A DNA stretch of 63,942 bases, the filler included. It is 4 parts of 4 records of this genome, joined end to end, with 100 filler letters (N's around TTAATTAATTAA, not from the genome) between each part and the next. Parts side by side here need not be neighbours in the genome. Positions count along the whole stretch, not along the records: positions 27,656 to 58,030 come from DRR723986_5036; 3 more parts are not named here. One strand, 5' to 3'. Shown piece by piece: positions 28,951 to 39,362 of this stretch. The first letter of the stretch is position 1, and each line of letters starts with the position of its first letter. The notes beneath the pieces are model-generated. The model saw nothing but the letters and a program-made list of their open reading frames with translations. It was not told the DNA's origin and did not search any database. A program made the position numbers and the translations under genes.

Positions 28951-30255
28951 TCAGGCTGCATCTCTGCGTGTGTTCTGACGACGGCGACGCGGAGGACGAC
29001 GGTTTTCGGACGCGTTGTCGTTGGCGCCGGAGGACGACTGCTTGCGGAACGGCTTCTTGCCGCCCGGCTTGCTGTTGCCATTCCGGTTTCCGCCGCGCTT
29101 TGCGCGGCCGGCAGCCGCGGACATCGGCGGAATTTCACCACCGGCAACCGTGATATCGATACCGATCAGCTTCTCGATCTGGCGGAAGAGACCGATTTCC
29201 TCCGGAGCACACAGGGCAATCGCCTCACCTTCCGCACCGGCGCGGGCCGTACGGCCGATTCGGTGAACGTAGGCTTCTGCAACTTCCGGCAGCTCGAAGT
29301 TATAAACGTGGCTGACACCCGGGATATCAATGCCGCGAGCGGCAACATCGGTTGCCACGAGCACGTTGATGGTGCCTTCCCGCAGATCCTTGATCGCGCG
29401 GTCACGCTGGTTCTGGCTCTTGTTGCCATGGATCGAGCCAGCGGAAATTCCGGAATGCGCCAGCTTGCGCATCAGCCGTTCCGCACCGTGCTTGGTGCGG
29501 CAGAACACCAGCGACAGCCCGTCCGGCTTGTCACGAAGCTGATCAACCAGGAAGTCGCCCTTGTCGTTCTTGTCCATGAAATGAACTGACTGGGTAACCT
29601 TGTCAGCTGTCTTGCCGGCCGGAGCAACTTCAACCCTCTCCGGGTTGCGCAGATAGGACTGTGCCAGCTCGTTGATCTGCTTCGGCATGGTCGCGGAGAA
29701 CAGCAAGGTCTGGCGCTTGTCGGCTACCAAGCCAGCGATCCGGCGCAGGGCATGAATGAAGCCCAGATCGAGCATCTGGTCGGCTTCGTCGAGCACCAGG
29801 TAGGAAGCGGTGCGCAGGTCGATCGCTTCACGATCTACAAGGTCCAGCAGCCGGCCCGGTGTTGCCACCAGAATGTCGGTGCCCTTTGAAAGCCGCTTGA
29901 TCTGGCCGTTGATGGACACACCACCGACAACGGAAGAAACCCGCAGCGGCGTATGCTTCAGGAAGGAAATCAGGTTCTTTGCGATCTGGTTCACCAGTTC
30001 GCGGGTCGGGGCCAGAATCAGCGCCCGTGTTCCCTTGGGAACCGCTCTTTTCTTCTCCAGGAGAAGCCGGTCGATCAGCGGCAGGCCGAAAGCAGCCGTC
30101 TTGCCCGTACCCGTCTGTGCCAGACCCATGAGGTCCCGGCCTTCCAGGATCAACGGGATGGCTTTTTGCTGGATCGGTGTCGGAGCGTCATAGCCGTTTT
30201 CGGTAACGGCAGTCACAAGGCCATTGGAGAGTCCCAGGCTTTGAAAGTCGGTCAA
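28951..30255 (-). CDS. rhlE: DEAD-box RNA helicase (RhlE-like)
   Basis: Q motif, AQTGTGKT, PTREL, TPGR, LDEAD, SAT, ARGID and HRIGRTAR; basic C-terminal tail; TTG start. Confidence 0.9.
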   Translation of the reverse strand: MTDFQSLGLSNGLVTAVTENGYDAPTPIQQKAIPLILEGRDLMGLAQTGTGKTAAFGLPLIDRLLLEKKRAVPKGTRALILAPTRELVNQIAKNLISFLKHTPLRVSSVVGGVSINGQIKRLSKGTDILVATPGRLLDLVDREAIDLRTASYLVLDEADQMLDLGFIHALRRIAGLVADKRQTLLFSATMPKQINELAQSYLRNPERVEVAPAGKTADKVTQSVHFMDKNDKGDFLVDQLRDKPDGLSLVFCRTKHGAERLMRKLAHSGISAGSIHGNKSQNQRDRAIKDLREGTINVLVATDVAARGIDIPGVSHVYNFELPEVAEAYVHRIGRTARAGAEGEAIALCAPEEIGLFRQIEKLIGIDITVAGGEIPPMSAAAGRAKRGGNRNGNSKPGGKKPFRKQSSSGANDNASENRRPPRRRRQNTRRDAA

Positions 30256-30505
30256 TATAAAATCCTTGGTTCAAGCGAAACAAACGCTTGTTAAGCCGCA
30301 CGTCATTGACGGTGCGACTTGAAGTTGGAATGCGGCACAGCCGGCAGCCATCGCTACCCGGTCTCTCTGCCGCCAGACCCTCGCGTGAAATGGGAACTGG
30401 TTGAACCCCTCATTGGGTTCTTGAAGTGGCAACCCTCTTGCGACTGCCCGCCAAGAAACTTCTCTTGTCCGGGGCGCACTCTCTGCTCACGCGGCAGCGG
30501 TTGCA
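30256..30505 (-). promoter_or_regulatory. Putative long structured 5' leader of the DEAD-box helicase gene
   Basis: 30487-30497 is complementary to both 30382-30388 and 30367-30373; internal hairpins; no credible ORF. Confidence 0.45.
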
Positions 30506-30587
30506 GTGCGGTATATCGTCGGGAACGCCCCTAATGTCAAGCAAAGAAGCCGCAAAAGCGCTTACAGCTCAAAAAGTTCGGCCTGCT

Positions 30588-31712
30588 TCAGGGTTGCAGC
30601 CGCAGCAACCGGCCATCGTCGCTGTCTGTCAGGACATAGATATAGCCATCGGGCCCTTGCCGGACATCGCGTATCCGCTCGCCAAGATCCGTCAGCAGCT
30701 TTTCCTCACCGACAACCGTTCCGCCGTCGAGGTCAACACGGGCAAGGTGCTGTCCGGCCAGCGCACCGACCAGCATGTCGCCCTTCCAGTCGGGATATCG
30801 GTCGCTGGTTACAAAGGCCATGCCGGACGGCGCGATGGAGGGATCCCAATAGTGAACCGGCTGTTCCATGCCTTCCTTCGACGTGCCTTGACCGATGGTT
30901 GCCCCGGAGTAATGGCGTCCGTAGGAAATCACCGGCCAGCCATAGTTCTTTCCGGCTTCGGGAATATTGATTTCGTCGCCGCCACGTGCCCCGTGTTCAA
31001 CTGTCCACAATACGCCGGTTTCAGGATGGATCGCAGCCGACTGCGGATTGCGATGACCATAGGACCAGATTTCCGGCTTGTAGCCTTCCTGTCCGATAAA
31101 GGGATTGTCCGGAGCAGGTTGACCGTCCCTCGTCAGACGCAACACCGACCCGGCGTGGTCCGAGGTATCCTGTGCACGCTCGCCGTCTCCCCGCTCACCG
31201 ACGGTCATGAACAAGGTGCCATCAGGCGCAAATACGAGGCGTGATCCGAAGTGGCGGCCTCCGTAGGCCTTGTTGTTGCCGGAAAAGATCGTCTCACCAT
31301 CTTCCAGCGCGAAGCCTCCTTCATAGGCACCGGTAAGCTTTGCCCGGAACAGGGATGTGCCGGCGCCCTCCGCCGATCCCTGGGAATAGGACAGAAAGAC
31401 CGTTTGGTCGGTGGCAAAGTCCGGGCTGAGCGCTACGTCCAGCAGGCCACCCTGCCCTTGTGCAAAGACTTCCGGAACGCCGGTAACTTCGCTCTGCCTG
31501 CCGGATGCATCAATGTGCTTCACGGTCCCGTCGCGTTCCGTCACCAGGTAGCCCTCCTCCGGAAGGAAAGCGACACTCCATGGGTAAGACAATCCCGCGG
31601 CAACGGTTTCCAGCTGAACCGCGGACTGGGCCATTGCGGCAGGGACAATCGGCAGGACGAGCGCTGCGGCCATTGCGGCCACGCCTGGAAGAAGATGCGA
31701 ATTCAGGGTCAT
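30588..31712 (-). CDS. PQQ-dependent sugar dehydrogenase (YliI/Asd glucose-sorbosone family)
   Basis: GLSYPWSVAFLP, GQGGLLDVALSPDF, HFGSRLVF, YGHRNPQ, EHGARGGDEIN, NYGWP, RIRDVRQGPDG. Confidence 0.92.
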   Translation of the reverse strand: MTLNSHLLPGVAAMAAALVLPIVPAAMAQSAVQLETVAAGLSYPWSVAFLPEEGYLVTERDGTVKHIDASGRQSEVTGVPEVFAQGQGGLLDVALSPDFATDQTVFLSYSQGSAEGAGTSLFRAKLTGAYEGGFALEDGETIFSGNNKAYGGRHFGSRLVFAPDGTLFMTVGERGDGERAQDTSDHAGSVLRLTRDGQPAPDNPFIGQEGYKPEIWSYGHRNPQSAAIHPETGVLWTVEHGARGGDEINIPEAGKNYGWPVISYGRHYSGATIGQGTSKEGMEQPVHYWDPSIAPSGMAFVTSDRYPDWKGDMLVGALAGQHLARVDLDGGTVVGEEKLLTDLGERIRDVRQGPDGYIYVLTDSDDGRLLRLQP

Positions 31713-31783
31713 TGGGGCTCCACGGACGTTTCATACTCCCTGTTAGGTAGGAGCCTGAACGGTCTGGAAAACCCGGCACGGTG

Positions 31784-32131
31784 CTAAAAATCGGAGCCCG
31801 GTTTCGTTGGCCCGTCCTGCAGCGCCTCGAGCCGTGCGGCGATTGTTCGCTTCTCGAAGGCCACGTTCCAGTCGATCAGCGTCCGCCAGACCGCTTCCGC
31901 CTGCTCGCCTTCCAGCCCCAATTCTTCCGCCCGGTCTTTCAGAGCGGCCACCATTGTTTCAATCCTCTGGTGATCAAAGGCCTCATCAGGATGCTGTTTC
32001 AGGTCCGCCATCCGCCGGACATAGCCCTGGCGACGGGCAAAGAGCTGCAGGAGTTCTTCGTCAAGCGCATCAATTGCGGTGCGGATATCCGTTTTGCTGA
32101 CGCAGTCGGCTGGCTGTTTCACAAGGGTCAT
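31784..32131 (-). CDS. Chorismate mutase family protein (type II / PchB-like)
   Basis: PADC.S..DIRTAIDALDEELLQLFARR motif; about 115 aa. Confidence 0.8.
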   Translation of the reverse strand: MTLVKQPADCVSKTDIRTAIDALDEELLQLFARRQGYVRRMADLKQHPDEAFDHQRIETMVAALKDRAEELGLEGEQAEAVWRTLIDWNVAFEKRTIAARLEALQDGPTKPGSDF

Positions 32132-32212
32132 GGCAGGCCGTTTGAAAAATGGAAAAGCGGACCGGTTGTACCGGTCCGCCTTGTTCAACAGAAGGCGCGA
32201 TTTGAAGCAGGA

Positions 32213-34507
32213 CTAACCGGCGGACCGGGTCTGTGCCTCGACACTGGCAAGTGCCGACATGTTCACCACGCCGCGCGACGTGACAGACGGTGTCAGGATA
32301 TGCGCGGGCTTGGCCGTGCCCAGAAGGATCGGTCCGACATGAAGCGCCTGGGTCGATACCTTCAGAAGGTTATGGGCAATGTTGGCCGCATCCAGGTTCG
32401 GGAACAGAAGCAGGTTGGCCTCTCCCTTCAACTTGCTGCCCGGCATCACCCGCTCGCGCAGCTCCACGCTGAGCGCGCTGTCGCCGTGCATTTCGCCATC
32501 GACTTCCAGTTCCGGGTAGCGCTTCCAGATCATCTCCAGTGCTTCGCGCATCTTGCGCGAGGACGCCGTGTCGCGGGAACCGAAGTTGGAAAGCGACAGC
32601 AGGGCGATCTTCGGTTCGATACCGAAGCGCCGGATTTCCTCAGCCGCGAGGTTTGCCATTTCGGAGATCTCTTCGGCGGTCGGGTCTTCCGTCACGAAGG
32701 TATCCGACAGGAATATCGCCCCTTGCGAGTTGATCAGCAGCGACATGGCCGAAAGGTCCCTGGCCGTCTCGCAAACGCCGATCACCTGCTTGATGTCCCG
32801 CAGATGGCGGATAAACCGGCCTTCCAGACCGCAAATGACCGCATCGGCATCGCCGCGGCGCACCGCAAGGGCCGAAATCACCGTGGTGTTGGTGCGCACG
32901 ACCGTCCGCGCCGCGTTGGGCGGCATGCCCTTGCGGCCGACACACTCGAAATATTCGTCGACATATTCACGGTAGCGCGGATCGTCCTGCGGGTTGACGA
33001 ACTCGAAATCGACATCGGGACGAATGCGCAGGCCAAACCGTTCGCAGCGTTGCTGCAGGACGTCCGGACGGCCAACCAGGATCGGCTTGGCGATATTGTC
33101 TTCGATCAGCACCTGAGCGGCACGAAGAACACGTTCGTCCTCGCCCTCGGCATAAATGATCCGCTGCGGGTCCTTGCTGGCGTTCTGGATGATCGGCTTC
33201 ATGATAAGGCCGGACCGGAAGACAAAACGGTTCAGCCGGTCCAGATAGGCCGTGAAATCCTCGATCGGGCGCGTGGCGACACCTGTTGCCATGGCCGCCT
33301 TGGCAACAGCCGGTGCAATGCGCAGGATCAGGCGCTGATCGAACGGCGAAGGGATCAGGTAGTTCGGGCCGAATGTTTCGGTCTTGCCGCCGTAGGCACG
33401 GGCGGCAACGTCGGACGGTTCCTCGCGCGCAAGGCCGGCAATTGCCTCCACGGCGGCCCGCTTCATTTCCTCGTTGATGGTGGTCGCCCCGACGTCGAGC
33501 GCGCCCCGGAAGATGTAGGGGAAGCACAGGACGTTGTTGACCTGGTTCGGGTAGTCGGACCGTCCGGTACACATGACCACGTCGTCACGGACAGCCTTGG
33601 CGTCCTCCGGCATGATTTCCGGGTTGGGGTTGGCGAGCGCCAGGATCAGCGGGCCCTTGCCCATCTTTTCCACCATGCCCGGCTTCAGCACGCCGGCAGC
33701 AGATAGCCCCAGGAAGACATCGGCGCCGTCGATTACCTGATCGAGCGACCTCAAATCCGTCTTCTGGGCAAAGACCGCCTTCCATTCGTCCATCAGCGCC
33801 TCGCGGCCTTCATAGACGACGCCTTCAATGTCGGTAACCCAGATGTTCTCCCGCTTCGCCCCCAGCGAGACGAGCATGTTGAGGCAGGCAAGTGCAGCCG
33901 CGCCCGCGCCGGACGCCACAATCTTGGCTTCCTCGATCTTCTTGCAGGCAAGGTCCAGACCGTTGCGAACCGCGGCACCGACGATGATCGCCGTGCCATG
34001 CTGATCGTCGTGAAAGACCGGGATCTTCATTCGTTCCCGGAGCTTCGATTCAATCATGAAGCATTCGGGCGCCTTGATGTCTTCCAGGTTGATACCGCCA
34101 AAGGTCGGCTCCAGAACCGAAACCGCATCGACGAATTTTTCAACGTCGGTCTGGGCCACCTCGATATCGAAGACGTCGATGCCGGCGAACTTCTTGAAGA
34201 GAACCGCCTTGCCTTCCATCACCGGCTTGGATGCCAGCGGACCGATGTTGCCGAGGCCGAGCACTGCCGTGCCGTTTGAGATGACGGCGACCAGATTGCC
34301 GCGCGAGGTGTAATTGGCTGCCAGTGCCGGATTGTCGGCAATCGCAAGGCACGGCGCGGCCACGCCGGGTGAATAGGCCAGCGCCAGGTCGCGCTGGTTG
34401 CCCAGCGGCTTGATTGCCTGGATCTCCAGTTTTCCCGGGCGCGGATGCTCGTGATAGAACAGGGCCGCTTCGGTCAGATCACTTCCGGTCTTGCTGCTGT
34501 CGCTCAT
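32213..34507 (-). CDS. maeB: NAD(P)-dependent malic enzyme with C-terminal phosphotransacetylase-like domain
   Basis: [58 protein letters not shown]-terminal [11 protein letters not shown] and DGEMHGD. Confidence 0.95.
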   Translation of the reverse strand: MSDSSKTGSDLTEAALFYHEHPRPGKLEIQAIKPLGNQRDLALAYSPGVAAPCLAIADNPALAANYTSRGNLVAVISNGTAVLGLGNIGPLASKPVMEGKAVLFKKFAGIDVFDIEVAQTDVEKFVDAVSVLEPTFGGINLEDIKAPECFMIESKLRERMKIPVFHDDQHGTAIIVGAAVRNGLDLACKKIEEAKIVASGAGAAALACLNMLVSLGAKRENIWVTDIEGVVYEGREALMDEWKAVFAQKTDLRSLDQVIDGADVFLGLSAAGVLKPGMVEKMGKGPLILALANPNPEIMPEDAKAVRDDVVMCTGRSDYPNQVNNVLCFPYIFRGALDVGATTINEEMKRAAVEAIAGLAREEPSDVAARAYGGKTETFGPNYLIPSPFDQRLILRIAPAVAKAAMATGVATRPIEDFTAYLDRLNRFVFRSGLIMKPIIQNASKDPQRIIYAEGEDERVLRAAQVLIEDNIAKPILVGRPDVLQQRCERFGLRIRPDVDFEFVNPQDDPRYREYVDEYFECVGRKGMPPNAARTVVRTNTTVISALAVRRGDADAVICGLEGRFIRHLRDIKQVIGVCETARDLSAMSLLINSQGAIFLSDTFVTEDPTAEEISEMANLAAEEIRRFGIEPKIALLSLSNFGSRDTASSRKMREALEMIWKRYPELEVDGEMHGDSALSVELRERVMPGSKLKGEANLLLFPNLDAANIAHNLLKVSTQALHVGPILLGTAKPAHILTPSVTSRGVVNMSALASVEAQTRSAG

Positions 34508-34614
34508 GACGGTCCCTGTCTCCTGCCTCTTCCCTAAGGTCATATTGTTTTTCTGCAAAGCTCTGCGGCTTGTCCGCAAGGATGATCTGCAATTTCGTGA
34601 ATACTCTGTGTGAT

Positions 34615-35259
34615 TTAACCGGCGCGCTGCCTGATGAGAACCCGTAATAGCAAAAACAGCACGACCCCGTTCAGGATATGCCACAGGAAATGCGTGCCAA
34701 TGGCAAGTTGATCGCAAACCGGGCCGTCCAGCGTCCGAAATGTCAGTGAAACGGCAAAGACGACACCTGTCAGCAACACCTCACGCCCGAGCCGCGAATT
34801 CTTGCGAAGAAACAGTGCCCCCACCACGAAGATCGCCAGCAGCGCAGGCACATAGCCTGCGGATGAGCCGACCAGCGGCGCGACCGCGCGCCCGGCAAAG
34901 GGCGTGACTGCGAAAAACACGATAACGATGCCTAGCGCCGCCCACCAGGACAGACCCAGAAACCGGTTCAGCGCCGCAAAGAGATAGACATGGATAAACA
35001 GCGCGATCGGGATGACATCGGCAAGGCTCGCCCAACGTGTCGCGAAGGTGTGAAACAGGAACGACCCCAGGCCGGTCACGAAGACGATGCCGATCAGGAC
35101 CAGGGCAAAGAGATCGTCCGGTGTCTTGCGGCGCCAGAGCATGTATCCGGCAATGGCCGCAATCAGGAAAGCCGCATTGGTGAGCGCATTGAGCGGCTCG
35201 GACCAGAACTCCGGCCCGATCCGCTCACAATAATTGTCCAGCTTGTCGGTCAGCGCCAT
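34615..35259 (-). CDS. Ceramidase-domain (CREST superfamily) membrane protein
   Basis: YCER...WSEPLNALTN, GSFLFHT, ADVIPI, D...C...GTHFLWHILN. Confidence 0.85.
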   Translation of the reverse strand: MALTDKLDNYCERIGPEFWSEPLNALTNAAFLIAAIAGYMLWRRKTPDDLFALVLIGIVFVTGLGSFLFHTFATRWASLADVIPIALFIHVYLFAALNRFLGLSWWAALGIVIVFFAVTPFAGRAVAPLVGSSAGYVPALLAIFVVGALFLRKNSRLGREVLLTGVVFAVSLTFRTLDGPVCDQLAIGTHFLWHILNGVVLFLLLRVLIRQRAG

Positions 35260-35298
35260 CGGCTCCAACACCCGCCCCTGCTTCTTCCCTCGAAGGAC

Positions 35299-36525
35299 TT
35301 ACAACTTGGACGTGACAGTTTCGGTAATCAAGCGGCCAAGCCTTGAAATACCTTCTTCGATTTTCTGATAGTCGTTGCAGGAGAAGCTGAGTCGGAGAGT
35401 GTTCGCCCCGGTGCCATCCGGATGGAACGCACGGCCGGGAACGAAGGCGACACGCGCCGTTTCGATGGAGGTTTCCAGCAGAGTTGCCGCGTCCATCCCT
35501 TCGGGCAGGGTCATCCAAATGAACATGCCCCCTTCCGGGCGGGTCCAGCTGACGCCAGCCGGCATGTGCCGCTCAAGCGCGGCCAGCATTGCATCGCGCC
35601 GGGACTTGTAGACCGCATTCGTCTTTGCCGTATGCGCTTCAAAGACATTTTCGGCGACCCGGGCCATGGCTTCCTGATTGAGCACCGGCGAGTTCAGGTC
35701 ACTCGCCTGCTTGATCAGAACCAGCCTGGAGATGACTTCAGCCGACGCACAGATCCAGCCGAGGCGCAATCCCGGTGAGAGCGACTTGGAAAAGCTGCCG
35801 CAGTAAAGTGTGCGGGTGTTGTTGATCCCCCCCGAGGCTTCGCAATCAAGCGCCTGCATCGGTGGCAACGGTTCGCCATCATAGCGCAGTGCCTCGTAGG
35901 GCGAATCCTCGATGACTGCACAGGAGAGTTCCCCGGCCAGTGCCAGAAGGCGTTGTCGCTCGGCCAGATCCACCGTCAGGCCCGTAGGGTTGGCGAAATC
36001 GGGAGAAAGGTAAGCGAACTTGATCCGTCCGCCCTTTTCGCGCGCGGTTGCCGCATAATCTTCCGCAGGGCGGTTGGCTCCAGGGTCAAGCCGGTCGTAA
36101 CCGGGCTCATAGGCATTGAAAGCCTGCAACGCGCCCAGATAGGTCGGCCACTGCACCAGCGCGGTGTCGCCTTCCGTCAGGAACAGTTTGCCGATGTAAT
36201 CGAGCCCCTGCTGAGACCCGGAGGTGACGAGAATATTTTCCGGCCCGCACTCGACGCCAAGGCGGCGCATGTGGTTGACGATCCAGTTGCGCAGGCGGGC
36301 GCTGCCTTCGCTCATGCCGTATTGCAGTGCGCGGCCCGCGTCCGGGCCTGCCAGAATTTCCTGATAGGCTGCCTTGAACGCTTCGGCGGGGAACAGAGCC
36401 TGGTCGGGAATACCGCCGGCTAAGTTGATCACATCCGGCTGGTCCAGCAGTTTCAGGAGTTCACGGATTTCCGAGGCGCGCATGCGGCTGGCGCGTCGGG
36501 CGTATAGGCTTTCCCAGGTTGTCAT
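35299..36525 (-). CDS. PLP-dependent aminotransferase class I/II (LysN/ARO8-like)
   Basis: ASEIRELLK, AGGIPD, TSGSQQGLD, PDFANPTG, EDSPY, GSFSKSLSPGLRLGW, PEGGMFIW. Confidence 0.92.
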   Translation of the reverse strand: MTTWESLYARRASRMRASEIRELLKLLDQPDVINLAGGIPDQALFPAEAFKAAYQEILAGPDAGRALQYGMSEGSARLRNWIVNHMRRLGVECGPENILVTSGSQQGLDYIGKLFLTEGDTALVQWPTYLGALQAFNAYEPGYDRLDPGANRPAEDYAATAREKGGRIKFAYLSPDFANPTGLTVDLAERQRLLALAGELSCAVIEDSPYEALRYDGEPLPPMQALDCEASGGINNTRTLYCGSFSKSLSPGLRLGWICASAEVISRLVLIKQASDLNSPVLNQEAMARVAENVFEAHTAKTNAVYKSRRDAMLAALERHMPAGVSWTRPEGGMFIWMTLPEGMDAATLLETSIETARVAFVPGRAFHPDGTGANTLRLSFSCNDYQKIEEGISRLGRLITETVTSKL

Positions 36526-36556
36526 TGTTGGCTCGTTGCATTTTTGGATTGGTTAT

Positions 36557-36579
36557 TTAAGTCAATAATACTGACCTAA
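36557..36579. promoter_or_regulatory. Palindromic operator upstream of the aminotransferase
   Basis: TTAAGTCA-ataatac-TGACCTAA imperfect inverted repeat about 30 bp before the ATG. Confidence 0.55.
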
Positions 36580-36712
36580 CTTTTTTGCAAGTGTCTCAAT
36601 CTTGTTATTTTTTGTAATTTTATTTCAATATCAAAATGCCGCGACAGTTTGCTTGCTGCCTCTGGAAGCCATTGCGGCTATTGCCTATGTCTGGAGAGCA
36701 AAGGAGTTCGCC

Positions 36713-37270
36713 ATGTCACGTCTCGATGAAACCCGTCCGTTCATTCCGCTCAACATTGCTGTGCTGACGGTATCGGACACGCGCAAGCTGGAAGAAGACC
36801 GCTCCGGCAATACGCTGGTGGACCGGATCGAAAAGGCAGGACATACGCTTGCGGACAGGCAGATCGTCACTGATGACGTTCCGGCCATTCAGGCGGTCGT
36901 CAAAAGCTGGATCAATGACAAGGGCGTGGATGTGATCGTCTCGACCGGCGGCACCGGCTTTACCGGCCGTGACGTGACGCCGGAGGCTATGGAGCCTCTG
37001 TTCGAAAAACGCATGGACGGCTTTTCGGAGGTCTTTCACCGGATCTCCTACGACAAGATCGGCACCTCCACGATTCAGTCCCGTGCGACCGGCGGCGTCG
37101 CCGGGGCGACTTATATTTTCGTGCTGCCCGGTTCCCCGGGCGCCTGCAAGGACGCCTGGGACGGTATCCTGAAATGGCAGTTGGACTATCGTCACATGCC
37201 CTGCAATTTCGTGGAGATCATGCCCAGGCTGGACGAGCACCTGAAGCGCGGCAAGCTGCGGGAGGCGTGA
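36713..37270 (+). CDS. moaB: Molybdenum cofactor biosynthesis protein B
   Basis: IAVLTVSDTR, STGGTGFTGRDVTPEA, QSRA, LPGSPGACKDAWD, PCNFVE; AAGGAG RBS. Confidence 0.95.
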   Translation: MSRLDETRPFIPLNIAVLTVSDTRKLEEDRSGNTLVDRIEKAGHTLADRQIVTDDVPAIQAVVKSWINDKGVDVIVSTGGTGFTGRDVTPEAMEPLFEKRMDGFSEVFHRISYDKIGTSTIQSRATGGVAGATYIFVLPGSPGACKDAWDGILKWQLDYRHMPCNFVEIMPRLDEHLKRGKLREA

Positions 37271-37323
37271 GCCCCACCACACCGAAGAAGAGCGTATCCG
37301 CCCAGAACCGTGCAGTGCCTTGT

Positions 37324-38019
37324 TCAGCCGTGCAGCTTGACGGCAACACTCGCTGGAATGCGCAGGGTACCGACGCAGAAGCGCGCGAAGGCCTGGCGGA
37401 ACCTGGAAAAGAGCCCTTCCCGCTCGGGTTCACCCGAAGAGACCGCGGCAGCCCGCAGGAACACCATCCGCCCACGTCCGATTCGCTTGGCGATATCGAG
37501 ATCTTCCAGCTCCGGCAACGGCCGATGGCCGCCGAGCTTCTGATAAAACTGCCTGGAGATCAGCAGGCCCTGGTTACCGTAAGGCATGCCAAGCAGTTGG
37601 GACCGCAAGGCTGCAAAAGACTCGCTTACCCGCGCACTGAGCCCGAAAGCCTCATAGCGAAGGCGGAAGCTTGCGGCGGTCCGTGGACCGTTGGAGGCAC
37701 GGGCTGCCCGCTCGATGAAGGCCTGGGCCTCATGATGCCAGCCGCTTTCCAGAAGCGTTTCCGGCCGCAGGAACAATAGCCAGTCGCCCCGGCTCGCCAT
37801 GGAGGCGCCATAGGCAAGGCGTTCGCTGCGGGAAGCATTACCCCGGCTGATCCAGACACACCCGGCCGCGTCGGCAACCTTCTCGGTATTGTCCGACGAA
37901 CCACCATCGACCACGATAACTTCGCGGATAACGCCCTCTGCAGCTGCCGGCACCAGGGCCGAAAGCGCGTGAACGAGCTCGGTTTCGGAATTTCTTGTCG
38001 CAATGATGACGCTGATCAT
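37324..38019 (-). CDS. Glycosyltransferase family 2 protein
   Basis: MISVIIAT.N, EVIVVDGGSSDNT, WLLFL, PYGNQGLLI, GGH...ED. Confidence 0.85.
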   Translation of the reverse strand: MISVIIATRNSETELVHALSALVPAAAEGVIREVIVVDGGSSDNTEKVADAAGCVWISRGNASRSERLAYGASMASRGDWLLFLRPETLLESGWHHEAQAFIERAARASNGPRTAASFRLRYEAFGLSARVSESFAALRSQLLGMPYGNQGLLISRQFYQKLGGHRPLPELEDLDIAKRIGRGRMVFLRAAAVSSGEPEREGLFSRFRQAFARFCVGTLRIPASVAVKLHG

Positions 38020-38388
38020 GATCTCAAGTTTTACATGATTTTTTTCAAAGTGCGAGTGTCGCCGACGAAGCGGGAGCTGTTTTTTTGTTGGGGTTCTTAA
38101 CAAACTCCAATAATCAGCCACCAACCTTCGCGATATATATCGCCAGGTAATGTCTACTTTGGTTGCATGAAAAGAAAAGACCGGGCGAAAGCTGTAGCAG
38201 TACCTCTTTCACATTTGTCATAGGGTCGTGAAAAGTTGCTCCAGTGTGAAACCGATCGGTATCCATTTGACGGTTTTCAGGAAAATAGCCCCTCTCCGGC
38301 AAATGGAAGTGCCGGATTTCATGTTATCTTAAGAGTGCATACCAAAGCTGAAAGCTCTTACTTCGACCAGAACCCAAGCGATCGCGCC

Positions 38389-39231
38389 ATGACGACACCC
38401 GATCAAAAGCCCACTTCAGGCGCAGGATACCTGACGCAGACGCTCGGCCGGATGTTCATGGGGCTCGCCGGGTTTGTTCTGTCCCTGGCTTTGCTGGCCG
38501 GGACAGCATCGGCCCGAGACCTCGTGGTGCTGGCAACCCCGGAAGAGCCATACAAGTTTCTTGAAGACGGGGTGTACAAGGGTATCGACGTCGAAGTTCT
38601 CGATGAAGTCATGCGCCGTCTCGGCCTTTCCTATTCGCTGGAACTGGTCGAATCCGGAACCCGCATCCAACAGGAAGCGCGCGCCGGACGGGCGGACATG
38701 CTGCTATTGTTTTCCAAGAAGCCGGACCGGATGGAGTACCTGAACTATCCGGACGAAAGCTACATCGACATCAGCTGGAGCTTCTTCATCCGCGCCGAAG
38801 ATGCCGGCACAATCCGTTTCGAAGGCTACGACGATCTGAAGGGGCTGCAGATCGGTATCACGCAGGATTTCGCCTATACGCCGGAGTTCCTCAACGCCGG
38901 CCTCGACTTTCAGACGGTCGCCAGCAACAATCTCCAGATCGGCATGCTGCTGGCAAAGCGTGTGGATGCCGTTCCCATGAACACCATCAGCACGCTCTAC
39001 GAGGAAAAGAAGGCCGGGAGGCTGGACCAGCTGGCGACGTTACCGCTGCCGCTGATAACGAAGCCCTACTACAACGTCTTTGCCAAAGCTTCGACTTACC
39101 CGGACATCAAAAGCCTTCCCGGACGCTACGACGAAACCATTCGCGAGATGCAGTCTGACGGGACGCTGGATGCGATCCTGATCAAATACCTTGGTCGCCG
39201 GCCAGGTAACGATGACCGTGGCGGTTCCTGA
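38389..39231 (+). CDS. Extracellular solute-binding protein family 3 domain protein
   Basis: EPYKF...GIDVEVL, DLKGLQIG, ML..KRVD, DGTLDAILIKY; start uncertain. Confidence 0.8.
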   Translation: MTTPDQKPTSGAGYLTQTLGRMFMGLAGFVLSLALLAGTASARDLVVLATPEEPYKFLEDGVYKGIDVEVLDEVMRRLGLSYSLELVESGTRIQQEARAGRADMLLLFSKKPDRMEYLNYPDESYIDISWSFFIRAEDAGTIRFEGYDDLKGLQIGITQDFAYTPEFLNAGLDFQTVASNNLQIGMLLAKRVDAVPMNTISTLYEEKKAGRLDQLATLPLPLITKPYYNVFAKASTYPDIKSLPGRYDETIREMQSDGTLDAILIKYLGRRPGNDDRGGS

Positions 39232-39322
39232 ATTCCGGTCTGGTCTGCAGTCCACCATCTTTTGAAGGTCAAAACCCACAAGGTGTAAACAGCATCTTGC
39301 GTCGCGTTGGCGTCGTGATAAT

Positions 39323-39337
39323 GTTCTTGTTATGTTC
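39323..39337 (+). promoter_or_regulatory. LexA (SOS) box, alphaproteobacterial type
   Basis: GTTC-ttgttat-GTTC (GTTC-N7-GTTC), 25 bp upstream of the radical SAM gene. Confidence 0.8.
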
Positions 39338-39362
39338 CATTTCGTAACCTGGACGTTCTTGC

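Noticed and set aside
31781-33706. 641-aa plus-strand ORF
   Set aside because: Antisense shadow of the malic enzyme and chorismate mutase genes; no recognisable motifs; expected in GC-rich coding DNA.
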